64,000 nt of DNA from Trichoplax adhaerens (taxonomy: Eukaryota; Animalia; Placozoa), in contig NW_002060947.1 in assembly GCF_000150275.1 (NCBI RefSeq), positions 4,994,267 through 5,058,266 of the forward strand. Direction: 5' to 3'. Positions within the stretch are counted from its first letter, which is position 1, and each line of letters begins with the position of its first letter. Positions 54,403 to 64,000 of the stretch are shown here, one piece after another. The notes beneath the pieces were generated by a model. The model made no database searches. It had not been told where the DNA came from and was given only the letters and a program-made list of their open reading frames with translations. A program made the translations under genes and the position numbers.

Positions 54403-57400
54403 TTATGGCTTCCAATTAGGATCAAAGTGCTTTTTCAAGTCAGACCAACAAGTGTAATATTTTGGGTCAATTTTACGGCAAACTTCTTCTCCCCACTTGG
54501 TTAACGCTAAACCAAACGAAGTTTCAAACATAAATGCCTAATTGATATACAGATGAAATACAGTTAATATTTCTTTAGCAAAACCATATTCAGTATAACT
54601 TTTACAATCGTTCTCATTATAGCAATACCATAGTGCCTCCAATATGAAAGGGTTTAAGCTCTCCATTTGATGATTGCTCAAAACATTGAGTGTCAGGTCC
54701 ATGAGGCGTATACATGCTGTGTAAACTAGCACCACCTGGAGCAAAACCTTCTTCCTTCGCTTCATATTGTCCCGAGATCAGTCCCATAAATTCGCTCATA
54801 CAATTTCCTAAGTATCGATAAAACAGCATTATCAATCGTGAATATATATACATTATGTATATCAATGTCACAGCAGAAATAACTTTTAAGTGTTTGAAGC
54901 ACGAAGAAACATACTGTGATAGTAAGGAGGTCTAAATGTATGCTCTTGTACAGCCCACCGGGGAGGAAAGATTACAAAATCTGCAATCGCAACACCAGGC
55001 GTATTGGAAGGAGCCGTAAGGACAGTAAATATTGAAGGATCCTGGATAGTAAGTAAAGTTTACACTTAGGTGTATGCAGCATTCTAAACTTGTGAAGTAA
55101 TTTACTTTTGGAAGGTAAAATTAATTACCGCATGATCAAACTCAACAGCATTTATAACCATAAAGTTACTAAGATCATATTTATACGGAACAAAGTTTCC
55201 TCTCCAAGCAACAACATCAAATGGAGAATGATCCTGTGAAAGAAGTAGCATAGTTAAATACAGCGTTATAAATACCCACAATTGAAAATTTTCGATAATA
55301 AATTACCTGCATGGCGCAAAATAAATGTCCCTGATATTTATTAACGACCTGAAAGCCATCTTCGTATGTCTCATCGACAAAACTAGCCTTAGGGCTTAAG
55401 AAGTCGAAGGGATTTGCTAGCCCATTTGCACCTATAATTCAACAGAAACATTTTTCTATCAATGCTATATTGACAGTTGATATACAGCATAATAACAAAC
55501 AAGTAAGCGAATGTAGAATGCAGGAAAAAGTGATTGCAACAAGCTTAATGCAATCAGAGCTGAAGCATTCCATTACAATTATATGTGTTTATCATAGTAC
55601 CTAAAGCAGACTTTAATATGCTACTTAGCAATTCTATGACAAACATTTAAGAGTTACGCTAGTTCAGCATTAAATTATCATTATTACCAATCGGTCCTAA
55701 ATTAGGTAACCGAAAATGAACGCCCCAAACTTCCAAAATATATCCTCTACTTGGTTCGTCAATTGCTACGGAAAAACGGATTCCGTGCTTTTAAGATAAA
55801 AATAGTTAAGGAACTATTTAAGATGTAGTTAAAACAAGTTACTATGACATAGTTATGCGTAAGCGAGCGACTTCACTTACTTGGATGACGCAAATTTCGT
55901 TAGGGTTTACATCTAGTTTACCAAATTCTGTAGTAATGCGTAACTTTCCTTTCTGTGGAACTGATATCGCATGGTAAATATTTAATAGTTAAGTTATTAA
56001 TGTACATGATACGAGGTAAAATTTTCAAGAATGTAACGAACCAATTAAGAAATCACCATCGCTGTTATAGAAGCATCTACATTTGAATAGAATACAAACA
56101 AAGCCTTATTATAGGATAACCTGTATCAACTTGACTTAGCATGTTTTAAATTTTCGTGCCAAATACCTATTTGTCATAGATTTGTTGCAGGCATAGATAT
56201 GAATCGCTGTGCCATTTCGTTCACGAGGACTGCCAGCACCGCACACAGTCGCCAATCCCTAAAATTAATATACGATGGTATTTTATACTATGCCTTACTA
56301 GGATACAACTGTAAGGATGTCTTTAATATTCGCACTTATGATTACTGAAAATATTTTAATTCAACGTACCTGGACAAAATCAATTTCCTGATCGTTTGAA
56401 GGAAGATCGAAAGGTTTCCAACGAAGCTAAAGATCGCATTTGAGATACGATATTATGATCACGATGACAAATTAAAGTAGCAATTAGCATTGCTTATAAA
56501 CATAGTGTTAGAGTAGTACTTGAATTTATCGAAGTCAATTATACCTGATTAGGATTAGGATGCTGCTCATCCCAATCATGAGACAAATTTCCTCTTTCCA
56601 TGGCTTTAAACGGTTCGTGCTGTACAGAAGGGTGGATTCGATACAACCAGCTGAAATGATACTTGATATTATAAATTGTTTACAAATGATTGACAAGCGT
56701 AATACCAATCTAAGCCAAAAAATCGGTACACCGCCAAACGAGCAGGAAACAAACAACATTCGTAGCTGGCTTTCAATTTTTATGTAGCATATTTAATACC
56801 TTCTTTGATTTGTCTCCCGAGGACAGGTAAATGCAGTCCCAGATATTTGTTCGGCATACAGACCATAAGGGCATTTCTGTGGACTATTCTGTTAATTGAG
56901 AAGTAAGTATATCTTATGCTTGGATAAATTTGGGATATATCCTTGTAATTAATTCAAATGTTATCTAACTGTTGTTTGAAATCTCAGTATTGTATAGTAT
57001 CGTAAAGTTATATATTTCATTCTATAAGGTGTAAGTGCTACTGCCATGTTGAGTATTTCAAGATACATTTGATTGAAGATCATTCGCATAATGGTACCCA
57101 TATAGAGTACTCAAATTGAGTCATCACTTTACTAACTTAATGAGACGAGATAATTAATCAGTTCAAATCATTACGATACAAAATTCTCACTGCGGAAAAC
57201 AACGAATGATACATGCTTATTATCATGTGATTAATCCGACTTAATCCAATCATTATTTATAATTTATCACAACGGGCAAGAACTGGTATTCACTGTAATC
57301 TTGTCATTCAATTGTGAAAGTTGTGACGGGACAAGGGTATGCACAGAATGAAGTAAATGGTTGTATCATTTCGTCAAGCACGACAAGAAGGATGTTATAC

Positions 57401-58452
57401 GCATTATTGTTGGGAATCTCATGATATTGTAGTTATAACATGACGATCACATGCTCGGAGTGCGGTAATTTACTATTTAACAATCATTTCATCCAGTATC
57501 GTACCACTGAAGTAGTCCAATATGTGAAAGCATAGACTGCTACAAAAGTATTTCATGGTGAACATGTCTTTACTCTTCAATTCTTTGCTGAAACTATTCA
57601 ACTAATGATATGTGTTTATCGATACTTGAATAGCCCCAAGCAGCGTCGATTTAGTCAACGATCATAGGTTGAAATTTTAGTTTCAGTCAAGAATTGAAGA
57701 GTGAAGACCTTCTTGACGGGGGCCTAAGGTGCAGTCAACAAGTGAATTCACTATGAAGAAATTGATATCGATATGAAGATACAGTAGGGTGATCCAGATT
57801 GCAAAGTAATAATCAGTCAACGGCCTATAGGACTCAATATCATCGATTTGCAGCACCAAACGATTTAAGTAGTTACAGTATCTTTCGTCATTACAGTAGT
57901 AGGCAAATACAAACTGTCCTATGAGTGATGCAATGTGATGATTGCTACCGTATTTGTCCATTTGTCATACTACAGTAAAGTATGATAGCATCGATCAAAA
58001 TTGGTACGATTTGTCTGTCTAGTTGATGTGAGATCGCATGAGTAGACATAGGACGAAAGCAGTGAACACTAATCGTCGATTCATTATTTTGTTAGACATT
58101 AGGAATGGAATAGGTAGTCACTTGGTGCTAGCTTAATCTTGAATGAAAATTACATTTCCTTCTTAGCATTACTCTAATTGAATTCAATGCATTACCATGG
58201 ACTGTCAGATCAGTCTAAAAGTACAGTAGGTCATCTTCTCTTACCTGGCCCTTAGGTAAAGCGTCAGGCAAAGCTTCTGACGAGAATTCGTTACCAAATC
58301 CGGATAAATACTAACATATTGCATAGAATAATCATATTAAAACTAAAATGAACAAGATATTGAATGAACAAGCACTTGTTTCGGCCATAAATTCTATCAA
58401 CACTGCTAAGGAATACTTTAGAGAATTATTATTTCACCTCCATTTCCGACAT
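54403..58452 (-). CDS. HGD: Homogentisate 1,2-dioxygenase, 14 exons
   Basis: 'MSEME|[12 protein letters not shown]', '[19 protein letters not shown]', 'WLYRIHPSV', '[10 protein letters not shown]', 'DPSIFTVLT', 'DFVIFPPRW', '[18 protein letters not shown]', '[15 protein letters not shown]', 'AFMFET'. Fe-binding His/Glu/His retained. Confidence 0.97.
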
Positions 58453-58539
58453 GATTATTGAAGCCGTCTGCTATGTGAAGCGAACGAGGATGACGTGCAA
58501 TTGCCGTTTCGGGCGTAGGGGTACCCAAGGTATTTTGTT

Positions 58540-58620
58540 TTCCCTCTACAGTACGTACTGTACCAACGTACTGTACTGTAATCCAAGTCACGTACAGTAC
58601 TGTACAGTACATTGTGCAGT
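58540..58620. promoter_or_regulatory. TACTGTAC/GTACAGTA motif cluster in the HGD-7SL divergent spacer
   Basis: 'tacagtacgtactgtaccaacgtactgtactgtaa...gtacagtactgtacagtac' lies about 100-170 bp upstream of the HGD ATG. Confidence 0.45.
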
Positions 58621-59038
58621 TTACAATTAGTAAAAAAGAAAGAGAGAAAAGAAAGGGGGCGAACTCGAGGGTTTTGGCCCATTCAACGCCCGCTTCTAGA
58701 TAAATAATCTGATACTGTGACTAGGCACAGTATAAGATTAGACTATCAGCTGGTCGACGTGATCATGCGACATGGAAGAACGTGACTAGTCGACAGCTTT
58801 CTATCTGTTGTTTGTCCAACATTGCATTTCAACAGCTACTACAGTACAGTAGTCGCTTACAATACAGCACGGTAGCAGCCTTAGCAGGATCATGTAGAGA
58901 AACCATGGAGCTTTATGAACTGTATAAAAGAAAAGAAATCAACCACAGGACACTATCGAGATTCAGGAATCACCATATTCAGTCATTCGGTCATACTACG
59001 GGAACAAAAAAAGGCACAAGTGGGTTGCGATACCGCGA

Positions 59039-59046
59039 TGACGTCA
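59039..59046. promoter_or_regulatory. Palindromic CRE/ATF site upstream of 7SL
   Basis: TGACGTCA at about -87 to -80 relative to the inferred 7SL start. Confidence 0.45.
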
Positions 59047-59125
59047 TATGTCTACTTTAAGTACAAAATTTTCCACTGTTTCTACTGGTCCTGCGTACCA
59101 GGCGAGAGTCTGCTCGTGGGGCTAA

Positions 59126-59424
59126 GCTGGGTGTGGCGGCGCGCACCTGTAATCGAGCTACTTCGAAGCTGAGGTAGTGAACTGCTTGAGGTCGGGGTTC
59201 TTACTGGTAGTTATCCTATGTCGATCGAGCGTCCACACTAAGCCTTGTGTCAATATGGGCAGTTAGAGGGAGCTCTAAATGTCCAGGTTGCGTAATGAGG
59301 AATGAATCGGCCCAGGGTGGAAACACAGCAGGCAAAAGTTCCCGCATCAGGCAGTAGTGGGATAGCGCTCGTGAATAGGGAGCTTATTAGTAGCCCGATC
59401 AAGATAGTAGAACATTGCTTTTTT
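59126..59424 (+). ncRNA. RN7SL: Signal recognition particle 7SL RNA (Pol III)
   Basis: 5' Alu domain GCTGGGTGTGGCGGCGCGCACCTGTAATCGAGCTACT...GCTGAGG; helix 6 TAGAG-GGAG-CTCTA; helix 8 CCCAGG-GTG-GAAA-CAC-AGCAGG; 'CAGTAGTGGGAT..GTGAATAG'; ~300 nt; ends in T6. Confidence 0.96.
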
Positions 59425-59439
59425 GATTTCTTTTCTTTT
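59419..59439 (+). terminator. Pol III oligo-dT terminator of 7SL
   Basis: TTTTTT at 59419-59424 followed by further T4 runs. Confidence 0.8.
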
Positions 59440-60953
59440 AGAACGTTACTGGGTAGTATGCGCAACAAGGTAGCTATTCTACACACACTGGCATTAGCTT
59501 ACCACTACCGTATATCGTGGTAATACTGCACATCGTAAGATTGTTATTGAGTTGCATAAAATGATGGAAAGCTGACGTAAGCGAAAACTAGGAACTGTAA
59601 ATACCGATCATTCTTATATTGGGCTGGTAAAAAATAATAAACATTTCATGCTTTAGTCGACACTTTCTAGTTGTACTCGTATTTGTCCCATTTTGTTAAA
59701 TAGTACAAGCAAAGAATGTACTTTAAATTACTAGTGAGCGTACGTAATCATAAAATGGATCAAATTTGAAACATCAGATCGACAGGTTTCCAATCACATA
59801 TTTACTCTATGCAAGCCTTAAGGCAGTTATTTAAAAACCAAGTCGCGCATCAGTTAAGCTCTATAGTATTTGCGTGCAGCACTCGCTTGAGTTAAATTTT
59901 TATATTGCCTTGACTAATAGTTATACCTCGCTACAATTTATCAAATTTGAAGTCAGTACAAATTTGACTAATGACGAAATAAAGTATATTATTTAAAGTG
60001 AATTTCCTTTGTCAACTACCTATCATGCAAAAATTTCTTATGGGTACTGATTTGCAATCGTGTATGATTCATTCATAGATGCCTATACGGAATGTTGATA
60101 AACTGTTAATATCACCAAAAGTACAAACATAAAGCATAATTTATTGCCTTTCAAATCGATTTAAAGTTTATAGATGTTCACATCAATCAGTCAAAATCAT
60201 TTAAAAAATAAAATGGTATCAAAAGCAAACATTATATCGTTCTAAGATTTTTAAATAGGATAGAAATTAATTAAGCCATAGTATTGTATCCTATCGGTTG
60301 TTTACTTACATAAAATAATTTATAATAATTAACATGCATAGGATATCAGATAATTGCAAATACTATTTAATTCGCATTGCAGAACGAATTACGTACAGAA
60401 ATCATATTATTATAAATTGTATTGGTATTGCATTAATGCCGCCTGATGCAACAATCGTATATATAAAAGGAATTCAATAATTTCGGTGTTGTATTAATAA
60501 TAGTTACTATTTGCTAACATTATTATATTATTACTTGTATAAATGAAGTAGTTCAATTAACTTCACATAACATTATCGGTAAATGTCATATCAATTAAAA
60601 TCTGGATAAAATGATTTAACCACCACGGCGCGTCACTTAGCTTGCAGTAGAGGATAACATACCAAGAGACTTACATAAGGTAAGGTAAAAAACTTACCAT
60701 CAGCTACTAATATTGCTAGTAATGATTCAGAGAAAGTAAATTATGCCAATATGTACAGAACTAAAGATATTTTAATAAGTTATAAGACATTTTGCAATCA
60801 AGAATCACCATAATCATCAGTACGATGTAGAGAGATGTAATCCTAGAATGCACATCGATAATAGTTATTCGGATAATAATTATGCATTTTACTCCAGGAA
60901 TTTCCAAATAGATGGAAGAAAACAATCAGCGTTCCAATCTGTTAACGTTTAAA

Positions 60954-63900
60954 TTAATCATTTATTTGAGAGGATATCTTAGAACGATTTGTAACAATGT
61001 GATTCCAAAGTCGACATGCAGGTCCACCCCTTAAAAATAAAGAAATAAGTCAATATGCATAAAACCTGATATAATTAATAGAAATCTTACTAATGAATTT
61101 TTAAGCTAAAATTTACTTTAAATTCAGCTCTTTTAAATCTTCTCTAGTTATACAAGTCATAACATCTTCGTATGTAAATTGCTCTTCCTTAAACTGAAAA
61201 ACGTTACACATTTCACTCAGGATTTCAGATGTAAAATACCAGTAAATAAAAATTTAACTCTGAATACCTTACTAATATCCTCACTAGAAAAGTCTAAACT
61301 TTTAAGAAGGTTATTTAGGTCATCCTCCCCTTTACGTGTAAACGAAAAATGTTATTCAAATTATCGCAGAAAAATAGTATTACACTAATTTACAACAAGA
61401 TCTACTAGTAATTTTAGTTCCAAAACCTATGCTATCGATTAAATTGATTCGGTTATAAAAGCCGTACAATAATAACGCAATACTCGATTTACTACCTGGA
61501 TTTTTAGAAATAAAAAAGTTCGCCTCACTGACCATCCCCTTAGTTGGTGTGCTAAATGAACAAATAAAGTAATTTCTGAAACATCCATATTTCGCAATTC
61601 CTAGATCCTTCACAGCTTTCCGGATAATAATCATACCTTGATTGTAGGGCTTTCGTAAAGTGATTGTGAACGTCAATATCAGCCTTAAGCTGTCTATTAA
61701 ATGTTTGTTTCACCTTTACCAATTCTTCTAGCAATCTACGGATGTTAATAGTTGCAAAACAGTCAATGATGTTACTATCTATTATTGCTTACTTCCAAAA
61801 AACACATTTATCGCTGACATTATTACCTCTGATTTTCTAAATTTAGTTGGGCTAGCTGTTCGTGAAGTTCGCTAGTATATTGAGACGTTTGGTCAGTTGT
61901 CTTAGTTATTAATGAAGCACTGCTACTGCTTTCGTGAAAAGTTCCTATTCCTCCTTGCTCAAACGCTTCACCGCCTATGCATTTAAAATATGTCCATTAA
62001 ACTAGCTTCAACACGGTGTTCAAATAAGATTATCTTATTTTCCTACTTTCAAAAAAATGACGAACGATACTGATTGAAAAAAATACTACATCGTAGTAGA
62101 GAACTTACTAGGTCCAAAGACTTCTGCAGCAGTATCAATTGCATTCTTCAGATGAGCTTCTATTGCAAATATCCAGTGCGGCTTAATATGCCCTTTAATA
62201 ACTTCATTTACCTACAAATTCAATCATTTATTTTCAATAAATAGAAATGAGCATTAACGCAGTAGTTTTCTATACACTGAGAGCAATGCAGAAAAAATTG
62301 CATAGAGATTTAAAGGTAGATAGAAAATAACTTACAACATCACGGAATAAATATAATGTATACAGCAATTCCTTTCGCGCACGTGAATCTCTGATAAATT
62401 TTGGAGTACCTACAAAAAGTTCCAATTAATTGTAACAATTTAGTTATTACATTCTGCTTACATATATTTTTCCATAATAATACCAATCCTTAGTACGTAG
62501 TCACACCTAGAAGCTCCGTCAGCGGCTGACGATCACCATTTTCAATTAATGCTTGCAAGCATGACAATAAAGTTTTCAAGTCATCCTATTCGTACACATG
62601 TATACAATAGTAAAGAATTCAGATAACAAGAATCCCTTTTAAACTTAGGTGACACAAGCAATCTTGTTATATTAAAAATAAAATAATACTTCACCTTTGT
62701 TGTATTTAGATCATCACTATTTATTTCCATGGCTAGTTTATCGTACCAGCAGTTACATATCTATTTGAAAAAATTTTTCGTTCACGCGATAAATTAAAAA
62801 TTGATAAACCTATAATATACATTATGTTGATTACTACTTATAAAGTCAACGTTTAGCGTCTAACCTTGTCAGCTTGCTCTTTCAAAACCTTCAAAACGAT
62901 TATTTGCCTTTCGGAGTCTTTCCTTACCAATTCAAAATGATTATTCGAAGCATCCTGACCAGGAACTGAGGCTATAGAGTCATACTTAATAGTGGAACCA
63001 GGACTATGCAGGAATTAAAAAATACAAAACGAGCGTGAATGTTGCTGTTTCTTGCATTCATCCATTAATAGCAGCGGAATTAATACCTATCATCACTACC
63101 ACTGTGACTATTTGCGATGCTTCCTATTTCCTCTCCTGGAGATAATATTTGATCTGGATCTAGAGAATAGCATATATTTCAAATTCTGCAATTCATTCAG
63201 TTCTTGCTAGGCATGTATGCATGCATATATAACAATTTAAATACCTTTAAGTCGCTGAGTCGAAGACTTTAAACTTTTTGATATGCGATGTCTAACCAAA
63301 CAATAAATTGATAAGATTTACTGCGCCGAGGTAATCTTCTTAAAATTATCACGATAAACGCTTACCTTTTCAAAAATAAATGAGCTAATAAATGAGCAGC
63401 AGTTGATCTTTTATTGGGATCGGGTTCAAAGCAGCACCTAATTAATTAATTTCGCATATATTATTTGTATAACTATTATTCTACATCAGCGTATCCTGAA
63501 AAATCAATAAGAAATTCTGTTTTTAAAGGCAACTCGTGGACGCACTTTTCTAGAAAATCTTTCGCAGATGATGATAAATTTTCTGGAATATCAGGATGAA
63601 CTTTAAACATTCCTACTTTAAACATAGCTGCATGAGGGTCACCAAGCTGTGGATTAATATATAAAAATTATAAGATGAACTAAATCTAGTGATATTAACT
63701 AATACCATAAGAATATATTGGTGATGATGATACCTCGTAAAAAGGCGGCTTTCCGGTAGCCATTTCAATCATAGTGCATCCAAGGGACCAAATATCGGCC
63801 TATAAGAATGATGACATAAGAAACTGGTGCAATATCGAAAAATTTTACATAAACGGTATACGTATAAGGAACTACATACTGGAGGTCCATGTCCACGTAG

Positions 63901-64000
63901 TCCTTTATCTATTACTTCTGGTGCCATATACTGCATTGTTCCTATAGCACAATTTCATATATGCCGCTTAAATAGATACCAATTTACGAGGACACACATT
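60954..64000 (-). CDS. ASK-family MAP3K (MAP3K5/MAP3K15-like), 3' part; gene starts beyond the window end
   Basis: Kinase C-lobe '[21 protein letters not shown]|[22 protein letters not shown]|[21 protein letters not shown]'; ASK-specific 'RKDSER' and 'HIKPHWIFA'; coiled coil '[10 protein letters not shown]'; SAM domain '[31 protein letters not shown]'. Stop at 60956-60954. Confidence 0.93.

Noticed and set aside
57683-57961. 92-aa ORF nested in HGD intron 2
   Set aside because: No recognisable domain or supporting splice structure.
59126-59200. Alu/SINE element
   Set aside because: A complete S-domain and T-terminator follow, with no A-tail or TSD; this is the 7SL gene itself.
58782-59523. 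Short ORFs overlapping 7SL and its upstream region
   Set aside because: By-products of the GC-rich 7SL RNA gene and promoter.

Overview
AT-rich, intron-dense eukaryotic (animal) genomic DNA. Compact genes with mostly 70-150 bp GT-AG introns and tandem GABA-B-like receptors suggest a placozoan (Trichoplax-like) genome; this is an inference. The ORF track mostly catches single exons, so I spliced the genes by eye. In order: (1) two tandem minus-strand GABA-B-like class C GPCR genes (<1-6810, truncated at the window edge; 19836-27406); (2) a 13 kb spacer between them with two assembly gaps, a 168-bp tandem repeat, a 458-bp solo LTR with a 5-bp TSD and a duplication with a templated insert; (3) a ~8 kb stretch with no supportable gene; (4) two tandem, strongly diverged importin-alpha-like ARM genes with 22 and 21 tiny exons (36106-41367, 42818-49195); (5) a CYP39A1-like P450; (6) HGD; (7) the SRP 7SL RNA gene; (8) the 3' half of an ASK-family MAP3K. 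The most interesting signals are the importin-alpha paralog pair (one keeps only the minor NLS site, the other keeps neither), the remodelled ligand pocket of both GABA-B-like receptors, and the solo LTR. Exon boundaries are manual and approximate, and residue equivalences come from remembered human sequences and need a real alignment.
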